DNA of 64,000 bases, from NCBI GenBank assembly GCA_023133485.1, contig JAGLWK010000006.1, positions 12,218 to 76,217 of the forward strand, written 5' to 3'. The stretch comes from Bacteroidales bacterium (GTDB taxonomy: Bacteria > Bacteroidota > Bacteroidia > Bacteroidales > B39-G9). Both the position numbers and the translations under genes were made by a program. This document shows, one piece after another, positions 43,067 to 53,226 of this stretch (the first letter of the stretch is position 1; every line of letters starts with the position of its first letter). A model generated the notes under the pieces. It did no database searches and was not told where the DNA came from. It saw nothing but the letters and a program-made list of their open reading frames with translations.

Positions 43067-43395
43067 TGTCATTTCGACTGCCTGCCTGTCCGGTAGGCCA
43101 ATGTTAATAAGTTAAGGCTGAAAGCCGTTAATGTATAAGCACAGGGCAATCGCCCTGTGTGATTATAAATATTATGGTATAGCCCTGAAGGGCGTTATGT
43201 AAATACATTTCGTCCTTTCAGGACTTTTTCCCTTTCGTCATTAATCGTAGGGCGTTGCCCTACGCTAGTACACATAGCCCTTTTAGGGCTAAAACTGTTA
43301 ACTTATTGACATTGGTACAGTAGGCAGGAAAGGAGAAATCTTATTTGATTGATATACATTTTGTTATGAGATTTCTCCTTTCAGTCGAAATGACA
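43067..43395. repeat. ~330-bp foldback / MITE-like element
   Basis: A 14-bp perfect terminal inverted repeat TGTCATTTCGACTG (43067-43080) / CAGTCGAAATGACA (43382-43395). The arms extend imperfectly (CCTGCCT...CCAATGT.AATAAGTTAA). There are five or more internal mini-hairpins such as CACAGGGC-aatc-GCCCTGTG and CGTAGGGC-gtt-GCCCTACG. Confidence 0.65.
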
Positions 43396-43501
43396 ATATA
43401 GGAGTTTTCTTAGATGCATTAATTAAGAGAAATATAATTTTTCTGTTAAAAAATATTAATTTAGCAGTCAGAGTAAAATCATTAAAAATATTTCTTATTG
43501 C

Positions 43502-45334
43502 ATGAAAAGCAGGCTTTTATTTTTCTTAAAATATACTTTATACTGGTTATCGGTTTTTATTTTATTTAAAATCCTGTTTTTAATTGTTTATTTCCAAAAA
43601 TCATCTGAATTAAACTTTATCGAAATATTAAAAATATTTTATTACGGAATAAAACTTGATATTTCTTCTACAGCTTATATTCTTACCATTATTTCATTAA
43701 TATTTGCTTTTAGTTTTTTAATAAACAACAGGTTTTTAGCATATGTAATCAATATATATACTATAATTTTTTTGCTAATTACTGTATTATTAATTACAGT
43801 CGATTTACAACTTTATAATTTCTGGGGATTCAGGTTAGATGCTACTCCATTATTATATATTACCACACCAAAAGAAGCAATGGCATCTGTTACTACATCA
43901 ATGATAATTAAATTCTTTGTATTTTTAATCGCCTTAATATCAACATGTTATTATATATATTATATTTTTTTAGGGAAAAAACTTAAAAAAATAGAAAAAA
44001 CAGATTATAAAATATTACTTGTATTTATTTTTATTTTTTCAACATTAATTATACCTGTTAGGGGCGGTGTAGGGATAGCTCCAATTAATATTGGTTCTGC
44101 ATATTTTCATAAAAATCAGTTTGCCAATCATGCTGCAATTAATGTAACATGGAATGTATTTTATTCAATATCTAAAAGGAAAGTTTTAAATAATAATTAT
44201 TCTTTTTTCAATGAAAATAAAGTAGAAAGTTTATTTAATGAACTTACTGAAGATAATAGCACATTGAATAAAGTTATTAAAAATAATCGTCCAAATATTA
44301 TTATAATCATTTTAGAAAGTTTTACAGCTAATGTAATCAAACCATTAGGTGGTTTAGATAGTATAACTCCTAATTTTAACAAACTTACAGAAGAAGGAAT
44401 ATTATTTAATAATTTTTATGCAAGTGGTGACAGGTCTGATAAAGGAATAGTTTCTATAATAAGTGGATATCCTGCCCAGCCTACAACATCAATTATTAAG
44501 CATGCTCAAAAAACACAATCACTACCATTTTTAAGTAAAGATTTAAAAATATACGGTTATTCCAGTGCGTTTTATTATGGTGGAGATATTGATTTTGCAA
44601 ATATGAGGTCGTATTTTGTTATCGGAGGTTTTGACGAAATAATAGATAAAGACAATTTTGCTTCTTCATTAAATAATACAAAATGGGGAGTTCATGACCA
44701 ATATGTATTAGATAGGTTTTTTAGTGATATAAACAACTCCAATACACCATTTTTTAAGGTGCTATTTACATTAAGCAGCCATGAACCTTTTGATGTACCA
44801 ATGGAAACCGTAATTAAAGGTAAATCAGAGGAAGAAAAATTTTTAAATTCAATTTATTATACCGACAAATGTATAGGTAATTTTATTAATAAGGCAAAAC
44901 ATACAAAATGGTGGGATAATACCCTTATTATTCTAATTGCTGACCATGGTTCAAGACATCCGGATAAAATACCAAATTATTCTCCTAAAAAATTCAGCAT
45001 CCCAATGTTATGGCTTGGAGGTGTTTTATCAGTAAAGGATACTGTTATTAATAGATATTCCTCTCAAACTGATATTCCAAATACAATTTTAAGTCAACTT
45101 TCAATTAAAAATAAAGATTATATTTACAGTAAAAATATATTTTCTGATAATTCTAATTCATACTCATACTATGTTTTTAATGATGGATTTGGATTTTTAA
45201 CCGATAGTTTAAAGCTGGTTTACAACAATATAAGCCAGAAATATATTATCAAAAACGGCAAAATATCACAAAAAAATGAAAATTATGGAAAAGCTTATTT
45301 ACAATATGTTATGAATGATTTTACTCATAAATAG
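43502..45334 (+). CDS. LTA-synthase-family / sulfatase-like membrane phosphotransferase
   Basis: 610 aa with about 5 N-terminal TM helices and then an alkaline-phosphatase-superfamily domain (IIIILESFTAN, SGDRSDKG, TLSSHEPF, LIADHG). Confidence 0.75.
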   Translation: MKSRLLFFLKYTLYWLSVFILFKILFLIVYFQKSSELNFIEILKIFYYGIKLDISSTAYILTIISLIFAFSFLINNRFLAYVINIYTIIFLLITVLLITVDLQLYNFWGFRLDATPLLYITTPKEAMASVTTSMIIKFFVFLIALISTCYYIYYIFLGKKLKKIEKTDYKILLVFIFIFSTLIIPVRGGVGIAPINIGSAYFHKNQFANHAAINVTWNVFYSISKRKVLNNNYSFFNENKVESLFNELTEDNSTLNKVIKNNRPNIIIIILESFTANVIKPLGGLDSITPNFNKLTEEGILFNNFYASGDRSDKGIVSIISGYPAQPTTSIIKHAQKTQSLPFLSKDLKIYGYSSAFYYGGDIDFANMRSYFVIGGFDEIIDKDNFASSLNNTKWGVHDQYVLDRFFSDINNSNTPFFKVLFTLSSHEPFDVPMETVIKGKSEEEKFLNSIYYTDKCIGNFINKAKHTKWWDNTLIILIADHGSRHPDKIPNYSPKKFSIPMLWLGGVLSVKDTVINRYSSQTDIPNTILSQLSIKNKDYIYSKNIFSDNSNSYSYYVFNDGFGFLTDSLKLVYNNISQKYIIKNGKISQKNENYGKAYLQYVMNDFTHK

Positions 45335-45352
45335 AAAAATATATTAAGGGAA

Positions 45353-45481
45353 CCTCTAATAACTGTATTTTTTAAGCGATGGTTGGAATGATGGAATAAT
45401 GGAATAATGTAATCGTGGAATAATGTTGTTTTCTCAATATTCCATTTTTCCGATATTCCAATATTCCTGAATTTTTAGAGG
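45353..45481. repeat. foldback repeat built from GGAATA/TATTCC units
   Basis: CCTCTAA (45353) and TTAGAGG (45475) bracket four GGAAT(G/A)A units on the left arm and four ATTCC units on the right arm. Confidence 0.55.
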
Positions 45482-45532
45482 TGCACTTAAATATATTCAC
45501 AAAGTTACTAGTGTTAACTTATTAAATATTAA

Positions 45533-46663
45533 TACATTATCAAAAATAATAAACATCTCCATATAATTTCTTTTAATATTCCATATCCACCTGATTATGG
45601 TGGAATAATAGATGTGTTTTATAAAATAAAAGCACTAGCAGGAATAAAAATTCATCTTCATTGTTTCGAATATGGAAGAGAACATTCTGAAACATTAGAG
45701 AAATATTGTTATTCAGTAAATTATTATAAAAGATTTTCAGGCTTAAAGTATTTTATTCAAAAAAAACCTTATATAGTTTGTACACGCTCAAACAGGCATT
45801 TAGAAGCAATTTTATTGAATGATGATTATCCGATTTTATTCGAAGGCATACATACTACCTATCTATTGAATAATAAAAAATTTAATGATAGAATTAAAAT
45901 AGTAAGAACACATAATATTGAACACGAATATTATTATAATTTATACAGAAATGACAATAGTTTTATAAAAAAATATTTCTTTAAATATGAGGCTAAAAAA
46001 CTTAAATCTTATGAAAATATATTAATAAATGCTTCTTCAATTGCATCAATATCAAAAAATGATTATATATATTTTAACTATAAATATTCAAATGTATATC
46101 ATATTCCTGCGTTTCATCCTTACGAATCAATAAAAAGCATTCCGGGTAAAGGTGATTATGTATTATATCATGGCAATTTATCAGTTGGAGAAAATATATA
46201 CGCAGCTTTATTTCTGATTAATAAAATATTTAAAAATATTGATATTCCATTTATTATAGCAGGGCGAAACCCCGATAAAAAAATTAAAAATGAAGTTTTT
46301 AAATATAATAATATTAGTTTAAAGAGTAATTTGAAAAATGAAGAACTTACAGAATTAATATTAGATGCACATATAAATATTTTACCTGCTTTCCAGGGTA
46401 CAGGCTTAAAACTAAAATTATTAACTGCAATATTTAATGGACGCCATTGCATTGTAAATAATACAATGGTTCAAAATACAGGTTTGGAAAATTTTTGTTC
46501 GATAAAAAATACTGCTGAAGAAATAAAAACAGAAATTACAAGATTATTCAAAATTCCTTTTACATCGGAACAAATTGAAAAACGGAAAAAAATCCTTTAT
46601 AGTCAATTTTCAAATATTGAAAATGCAAAAAAAATAATTAAGTTATTGAATATTCCTAAATAG
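45533..46663 (+). CDS. glycosyltransferase (GT4-like); start codon uncertain
   Basis: The listed start is GTG 45614, but the frame is open from 45533. The upstream in-frame codons read KHLHIISFNIPYPPDYGGIID, the PP..GG N-terminal signature of this glycosyltransferase type. That stretch contains no ATG/GTG/TTG. Confidence 0.65.
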   Translation, partial: YIIKNNKHLHIISFNIPYPPDYGGIIDVFYKIKALAGIKIHLHCFEYGREHSETLEKYCYSVNYYKRFSGLKYFIQKKPYIVCTRSNRHLEAILLNDDYPILFEGIHTTYLLNNKKFNDRIKIVRTHNIEHEYYYNLYRNDNSFIKKYFFKYEAKKLKSYENILINASSIASISKNDYIYFNYKYSNVYHIPAFHPYESIKSIPGKGDYVLYHGNLSVGENIYAALFLINKIFKNIDIPFIIAGRNPDKKIKNEVFKYNNISLKSNLKNEELTELILDAHINILPAFQGTGLKLKLLTAIFNGRHCIVNNTMVQNTGLENFCSIKNTAEEIKTEITRLFKIPFTSEQIEKRKKILYSQFSNIENAKKIIKLLNIPK

Positions 46664-47046
46664 AGTCCGTCAATAAAGTTATTTTATTTTGAATAAACAT
46701 AAAAATCACAAATTTCAAGTACCAAAATACAAATAATAATCAAATCCCAATAGCCTAAATATCAAACTGTTTTGGTCATTAAGTATTAGATATTGTAATT
46801 TATTTGAGATTTGTTTTTTGTTATTTGGTGCTTTAATTCAAAAATTGTTTGACATTATAGATAAACACTAAATAGTATCTGCAAGAAAACCCTTGATATT
46901 TTTAATTAAAATGTTATTTCGGGGTGTTTTATAAACAAATAACTGTATTTAATGGAAAAAAGGTTTAAATAATAAATCAATTTTTGTAAATTTATTATTA
47001 ATATAGTAATCAATATTATAATTCAAGAGGTTAAAGCATTATAGAT

Positions 47047-49236
47047 ATGGCATATTATTCATATTTACATTTTTTTTGTTTTATATTTTATTTATACATG
47101 GCAGGGTTAATAATAATTAATAACCCAAAAGCTTTGTTAAACAGGTTAGCTTCTGTTCTTTTTTTTACATTCTTCATTTGGAGTTTTTCAATGGTATTCG
47201 TACATAATATTCATATACCAAAAGATACAGCTTTTATTTTTAATAAAATAAGTTCATTTGGATGGATAAGTTTTCCGGCTATATCATTATGTCTTTTTCT
47301 GGTTTATGCTGAAAAACGAAAAATATTAAACAATAAGCTAATTTGTTTATTAATATTTATTTTGCCTGTAATATTAATTTATATTCAACATAAACATCAT
47401 CTTATTATTTGTGATGTTTCAAAACAAACCTATGGATGGGAAGGTATCTGGTCTAATTCAATTTGGGCTACCGTTTATTTTACTTATTTCCTTGTATATT
47501 TATTTGTTATATTTTATATTCTTGGTACACACCTAAATAAAATAAAAAATAGTATAAAAATTAAACCATTAAAACTTATTATTATTACAATAATCATAAC
47601 TTCTACTATTGGTTTTTATACTAATATTATTCAACCTTTACATAATATCAGAATAGTTCCTGACCTTGGAGATGTTTCAATAATTTTTTGGTCAGTGGGT
47701 ATTTATTATGCAATTATCAGATATAAACTTTTTACTATTACTCCTGAAAAAGTTGCAGAAGATATTATTGAAACAATGTCTGATACATTATTGTTACTCG
47801 ATCATGATAGAAAAATAATAAGAATAAATTCAGCAACTATTAAATTGTTCGAATATTCTGAAAAAGAATTAATCGGACAGTTAGTTGATATGTTTTTTGA
47901 AAATGAAGTAAAAGAATTATTTGAACAAAAAAATTTTTATAATAAAGAAAGAATCTTAATCACAAAAACAGGTAAAAAAATACCAATACTTTTTTCAGGC
48001 TCAATATTAACTGATAAAAAAAATAGAAAAAAAGGTATTGTTTGTTTAATCAATGATATTTCAGAATTAAAATTAGCACGTCAAAAACTAATTTCAATTG
48101 AAGAAGCTAATAAATTAAAAACAGCATTTGTTGCAAACATGTCGCATGAAATACGTACTCCAATGAATGCGATTATTGGCTTTTCTGAAGTTTTGTTACA
48201 GCCGGATCTTTCCGTTGAAAACAAACAAGAATATCTTGGTTATATTATAAACAGCGGAAATAATTTATTAAATATTATTGATGATATTATTGATATATCA
48301 AAAATTGAAGCAGGTCAGGTAAAAATAGAAAAAATTTCATTTAATATTGATCATTTACTTTTTGAAATATATACATATTATAATGAGAAAAAAGACAAAA
48401 ATAATACTCAAAATATTGATATTAAATATAATATAAATGATAATTATAAAGATATTATTATTACAACCGACCCAAACAGATTTAGGCAAATTTTAACAAA
48501 TCTTATTGAAAATGCACTCAAATATACGAATGAAGGTTATATAGAAATAGGATACAATATAAAAAATAATGAATATATAAGATTTTATGTTAAGGATACA
48601 GGAATAGGTATTCCAAATGATAAATTCGATGAAATCTTTGAAAGATTTGGAAAACTTGAATATTCTGAAAATAAGACAAATACAGGTACTGGTTTAGGCT
48701 TATCTATATCAAAAAATCTTGTGAAATTATTAGGCGGTGAAATTTGGGTTGAATCAAATGTTAATAAAGGTTCTACATTTTATTTTACTATTCCTTATGT
48801 AACAACAACTAATAGCAAAAATGATTTAATCGAAACTACTATTACTATTAATAATAACAATAATAATTATAACTGGAGTGATAAAACGATACTTGTTGCC
48901 GAAGATGAAGATGATAGTTTTTTATATATCAACGAAATATTAATTAAAACAAAAGTTAATATTTTAAGGGCTAAAAACGGCTTTGAAGCTATTGAAATAT
49001 GCAGAACCAATAATAATATAGATTTAATACTAATGGATATTAAAATGCCGGAAATTGATGGATATGAAGCCATGAGCCAAATAAAAAAAATCAGGAAAGA
49101 CATTCCGGTAATTTGTCAAACAGCATATGCAACCGAAAGTGAAAAGAAAAAATGCTTAGAAGCCGGATGTTTGGATTATATCACAAAACCAATTAAAACT
49201 AAAGTACTATTAGAAAAAATAGCTAAAGTATTTTGA
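47047..49236 (+). CDS. hybrid sensor histidine kinase / response regulator
   Basis: 729 aa with about 7 N-terminal TM helices, a PAS-like segment, the HisKA H-box MSHEIRTPMNAI, HATPase motifs (NAL.YT, DTGIGI, GTGLGLSI) and a C-terminal receiver (LVAEDEDD...DLILMDIKMPEIDGYE). Confidence 0.85.
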   Translation: MAYYSYLHFFCFIFYLYMAGLIIINNPKALLNRLASVLFFTFFIWSFSMVFVHNIHIPKDTAFIFNKISSFGWISFPAISLCLFLVYAEKRKILNNKLICLLIFILPVILIYIQHKHHLIICDVSKQTYGWEGIWSNSIWATVYFTYFLVYLFVIFYILGTHLNKIKNSIKIKPLKLIIITIIITSTIGFYTNIIQPLHNIRIVPDLGDVSIIFWSVGIYYAIIRYKLFTITPEKVAEDIIETMSDTLLLLDHDRKIIRINSATIKLFEYSEKELIGQLVDMFFENEVKELFEQKNFYNKERILITKTGKKIPILFSGSILTDKKNRKKGIVCLINDISELKLARQKLISIEEANKLKTAFVANMSHEIRTPMNAIIGFSEVLLQPDLSVENKQEYLGYIINSGNNLLNIIDDIIDISKIEAGQVKIEKISFNIDHLLFEIYTYYNEKKDKNNTQNIDIKYNINDNYKDIIITTDPNRFRQILTNLIENALKYTNEGYIEIGYNIKNNEYIRFYVKDTGIGIPNDKFDEIFERFGKLEYSENKTNTGTGLGLSISKNLVKLLGGEIWVESNVNKGSTFYFTIPYVTTTNSKNDLIETTITINNNNNNYNWSDKTILVAEDEDDSFLYINEILIKTKVNILRAKNGFEAIEICRTNNNIDLILMDIKMPEIDGYEAMSQIKKIRKDIPVICQTAYATESEKKKCLEAGCLDYITKPIKTKVLLEKIAKVF

Positions 49237-49247
49237 TTTTATAACCT

Positions 49248-49375
49248 GATTAATCAGTTTCGTTGAGCACTTCGTGGTTCATAAATTTTGAAATTATTTG
49301 ATGCAAAGGCAGTCGGCATACGATTGCTATTAGATTGACAGTTGGACAAAAAGAATTTGCCTACTGTCAATTGTT
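49248..49375 (+). repeat. dispersed ~130-150-bp repeat, copy A
   Basis: Homologous to the reverse complement of 63268-63416. Shared blocks are (C/T)TGAGCACTTCGTGGTTCATAAATTTTG(A/G)AATTATTTGATGCAA, ATTGCTAT, ATTGACAG and AAGAATTTGCCTACTGT(C/T)AATTGTT. Confidence 0.7.
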
Positions 49376-49417
49376 CCCGAGTACTCGGGATTAATTTGTT
49401 TGTTTTTGTACGAATTA

Positions 49418-50053
49418 TTATTTTTTCTGATAAAACTTGCAAAAATCTTTTATTCCACATTCGTTACATTTTGGTTTTCGTGCCGTACAAGTATATCTGC
49501 CATGAAGTATCAACCAGTGATGAGCAATAGGAATTAATTTTTCAGGTATATGTTTAACTAACTGTTTTTCAGTTTCTAAAGGAGTTTTTGAATTTGTACT
49601 TAATCCTGTTCTTGCTGCAACTCTAAATACATGAGTGTCAACTGCCATTGTTGGTTTATTGTAAACAACTGATGCAATAACATTAGCTGATTTTCTACCT
49701 ACACCAGGTAGTTTTTGTAATTCATTAATATCAGATGGAACAACAGCTTTAAAATCGTTAATTAATACTTTTGCCATTCCAATTAAATGTTTTGTTTTAT
49801 TATTAGGATAAGAACAGCTTTTAATTATCTCGTAAACAGTTTTATGTTCTGAATTTGCAAGGAATTCAGGCTCAGGAAAATGTTTAAAAAATTCTGGAGT
49901 TATTATATTTACACGTTTATCTGTACATTGGGCTGATAATATTACAGCTACTATCAATTCATACGGACTTTTATAATGGAGTTCTGTTTCAACTACTGGT
50001 TTGTTCTGCTGAAAATATTCTAATATCTTTTTATATCTTTCGTTTTTATTCAC
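49418..50053 (-). CDS. nth: endonuclease III
   Basis: HhH-GPD motifs (LPGVGRKSANV, VDTHV) and the C-terminal 4Fe-4S cluster C-x6-C-x2-C-x5-C (CTARKPKCNECGIKDFC). Confidence 0.9.
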   Translation of the reverse strand: MNKNERYKKILEYFQQNKPVVETELHYKSPYELIVAVILSAQCTDKRVNIITPEFFKHFPEPEFLANSEHKTVYEIIKSCSYPNNKTKHLIGMAKVLINDFKAVVPSDINELQKLPGVGRKSANVIASVVYNKPTMAVDTHVFRVAARTGLSTNSKTPLETEKQLVKHIPEKLIPIAHHWLILHGRYTCTARKPKCNECGIKDFCKFYQKK

Positions 50054-50214
50054 AATACAAAATATTATTAATAATCATATATAATGTCTTTTTCTCTATA
50101 AATATAAGATTATTTGTCGTTCATACAATTTTCTTACAGTTTTTATACTTTTGGGTACAATTTTTGCTATAATAAAAACTTTTATCAATATTGAACTATT
50201 AAAATTAAAAATTA

Positions 50215-52620
50215 ATGAAATATATATATTGGACAGTTATGTTGTCCTTGTTTTGTTTTAATATTATTAATGCACAAAAGATAAAAGTCATTAACAAAAC
50301 AAATTTACAGCCAATTGAAAATGTAAGTATATTCAATAAAGAAAAAAGCAAATCAACTATTACTGATTCTAAAGGAGAAGCAGATATATCAGTTTTCGAT
50401 AAAAAAGAAATTTTATTTTTTCAACATCCGTCATTTAAGGATTTATCAATATCATATGAAAAAATTGAAACTTCTGATTTTAAAGTAAATCTATCAGAAA
50501 GTATTGTTCATATTGGCGAAATAGTTATATCGGCTAACAAGTGGGAGCAAAACATAAATGAAATTCCAAACAAAATAACATCAATTACAATTGATGAAAC
50601 AATATTTAATAATCCACAGACATCGGCTGATTTGCTGAAAACATCAAACGAAGTTTTTATTCAAAAAAGTCAGTTGGGTGGCGGAAGTCCAATGATAAGG
50701 GGTTTTGCTGCAAACAAAGTATTGCTTGTTGTTGATGGCATAAGAATGAACAATGTGATTTTTAGGAGCGGAAACCTTCAAAATGTAATATCTATTGATC
50801 CGAATATTATTGAAGGTACAGAAATAATATTCGGACCGGGCTCAATAATATACGGAAGTGATGCCTTAGGAGGAGTAATGGATTTTCATAGTAAAACACC
50901 AAAATTTACAACAAACGGAACACAAAATATAAAATTCAATTCTTTTGTCCGCTATTCATCAGCAAATAATGAAAATACAGGACATTTTGATATAAATCTG
51001 GGATACAAAAAGCTGGCTTTTGTTAGTAGTCTTACATATAGTGATTATTCAGATCTTAAGATGGGTAGTCATAATAATTCAGAATATGTTCGAATAGAAT
51101 ATGCTGTTAAGTATAAAGATAATGATACTATAGTACAGAACAGCAATAAAAATATACAAAGATTTACAAGATATGATCAAATAAACTTTATGCAAAAAGT
51201 AAGGTTTAAACCAAATAATTTAATAGATATAAATTATATTTTTCATTTTTCAAAAACTTCGGATATACCGCGATATGACAGACTAATCCAATATAAAGAT
51301 AATCAACTTAAATACATAAAATGGAATTACGGTACACAAAAATGGCAAATGCATGTTTTAAATCTAAAATACTCAAAACAAACTAAGTTATACGATGAGA
51401 TAAAAATTAGTTCTGCATATCAAAAAAATGAAGAAAGCAGGATAAGTAGAAAATTTGGAAAAACAAACCAGAAAAATCAAATTGAAAAAGTTGATATGGT
51501 TTCTTTAAATTTAGATTTTGATAAAATAATAAAAGAAAAAAATACTATTTTTTATGGTACCGAAGGAATATATAACTATGTAAACTCAAGTGCCTATGAA
51601 ACATATACTGATACTAATATACAAACTGCTATAGGCACCCGTTATCCTGATGGAGGAACCAATTACTTCTCTTTTGCTTCATATATTAATTACAAATATA
51701 ATTTTAGCAAAAATCTTATTTTTAATTCCGGCATACGATATAGCCGTATTATTTTAAATTCTTCAATTGATGATACTTCATTTTATCATTTGCCTTATGA
51801 TATAATTGAACTAAATACTGGAGCATTGAATGGAAGTATTGGAATGGTTTATAAACCAAATATAACTCAACAATACAATCTTAATATTTCTTCAGGTTTC
51901 AGAGCTCCAAATCTTGATGATCTTGCAAAAGTATTTGATTCTGAACCTGGTGTAATAATTGTCCCAAATAAAGAACTTAAGCCTGAATACGCATACAATA
52001 TTGATGTTGGAAGTAATTATAATTTTAATAACAGGATAAAATTTGATCTTACTGTTTTCTACACAATATTAAAAGATGCAATGGTACGAAGGGATTTCCA
52101 GTTCAACGGACAAGATTCAATTGAATATGATGGAGAAATGAGCAAAGTCAAAGCTGTTGTAAATGCTGCTTCTGCAAATATTTATGGTGGTTCGTTTTCA
52201 TGTTATTCTGATATTACTGAAAAATTTTCTTTTAAAACAAATATCACATATATGAAAGGTGAAGACGATGAAGGATTACCACTAAGGCATGTTTCTCCAT
52301 TGTTCGGAAGCACTCATATTATGTATAATACAACAAAGCTAAAGATTGATATTTATTCAGATTATAACGGACAAATAACTAATAAAAATCTTGAATCTTC
52401 AGAACAAAATAAACCATATATGTATGCAACTGATGATAACGAAAATCCATACTCACCTTCATGGCTTACTTTTAACATAAGAACTGCATATCAGGTTAAT
52501 TCAAATACACAAATAAACTTTGGTGTTGAAAATATTTTAGATAACAGATACCGTCCTTATTCATCAGGAATATGTGCGCCAGGAAGAAATTTTATTGTTA
52601 CTTTAAGGGTTATTATATAG
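50215..52620 (+). CDS. TonB-dependent outer-membrane receptor
   Basis: Signal peptide, a carboxypeptidase-regulatory-like N-domain, the plug motif GGGSPMIRGFAANKVLLVVDGIRMNN, and a long beta-barrel. Confidence 0.85.
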   Translation: MKYIYWTVMLSLFCFNIINAQKIKVINKTNLQPIENVSIFNKEKSKSTITDSKGEADISVFDKKEILFFQHPSFKDLSISYEKIETSDFKVNLSESIVHIGEIVISANKWEQNINEIPNKITSITIDETIFNNPQTSADLLKTSNEVFIQKSQLGGGSPMIRGFAANKVLLVVDGIRMNNVIFRSGNLQNVISIDPNIIEGTEIIFGPGSIIYGSDALGGVMDFHSKTPKFTTNGTQNIKFNSFVRYSSANNENTGHFDINLGYKKLAFVSSLTYSDYSDLKMGSHNNSEYVRIEYAVKYKDNDTIVQNSNKNIQRFTRYDQINFMQKVRFKPNNLIDINYIFHFSKTSDIPRYDRLIQYKDNQLKYIKWNYGTQKWQMHVLNLKYSKQTKLYDEIKISSAYQKNEESRISRKFGKTNQKNQIEKVDMVSLNLDFDKIIKEKNTIFYGTEGIYNYVNSSAYETYTDTNIQTAIGTRYPDGGTNYFSFASYINYKYNFSKNLIFNSGIRYSRIILNSSIDDTSFYHLPYDIIELNTGALNGSIGMVYKPNITQQYNLNISSGFRAPNLDDLAKVFDSEPGVIIVPNKELKPEYAYNIDVGSNYNFNNRIKFDLTVFYTILKDAMVRRDFQFNGQDSIEYDGEMSKVKAVVNAASANIYGGSFSCYSDITEKFSFKTNITYMKGEDDEGLPLRHVSPLFGSTHIMYNTTKLKIDIYSDYNGQITNKNLESSEQNKPYMYATDDNENPYSPSWLTFNIRTAYQVNSNTQINFGVENILDNRYRPYSSGICAPGRNFIVTLRVII

Positions 52621-52737
52621 TTGTTATAGTGCATTCCCCACATTGAAATTTCAATTAATTTCTTTAGCTAACGAAAAAGGGGGAATAAAAAAAGAAAAAA
52701 TGACTATTTTAGTAAAATTGTAACAGGCAGATAATCA

Positions 52738-53226
52738 ATGACTAATTTTTACGTTAGTCAGAATTTAAAAAAATACGAAATGACAGAAAGACTTATTCTA
52801 ACAATAATTGCAGTCGTTATGCTTTTACTGACAATTCAGAAAAAATATAAATGGACTATTATTATTACTTCGGGACTAGCATTTGGAATTTTAATTACTT
52901 GGACAGGAATACCACTTGTCATAACAGCAGGAATGATAATATATACAATTACAGCATTCATGAGTATTATTTATGGAGTCAGGAATAAAGAATTAAGCAA
53001 TATTGAAAGAATAATAATTGGATTAATTGGGCTTTGGGCATTAACAGCAAACCTCTTTGCAATTATGCATTTGCCATATGCTAATGAAATTAATCTAAGT
53101 ATGATGATTCCATTGATCGGTTATATCTTTTTAATTATAAAAGGACTTTTTAGAAAGAAAGAATTTGGATTCTTAACAATATTAAATGCTGAATTTTTAC
53201 TTAGACTCTTGAGATTCTGGAATTGA
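52738..53226 (+). CDS. multi-pass membrane protein, unknown function
   Basis: 162 aa with 4-5 hydrophobic helices. The true start may be the internal Met of MTERLIL. Confidence 0.5.
   Translation: MTNFYVSQNLKKYEMTERLILTIIAVVMLLLTIQKKYKWTIIITSGLAFGILITWTGIPLVITAGMIIYTITAFMSIIYGVRNKELSNIERIIIGLIGLWALTANLFAIMHLPYANEINLSMMIPLIGYIFLIIKGLFRKKEFGFLTILNAEFLLRLLRFWN

Noticed and set aside
49254-49530. ORFs 49254-49460 (-) and 49342-49530 (+)
   Set aside because: They lie across the dispersed repeat and the 3' end of nth, and no coding signal is apparent. The repeat copy at 63268-63416 does not preserve the frames.
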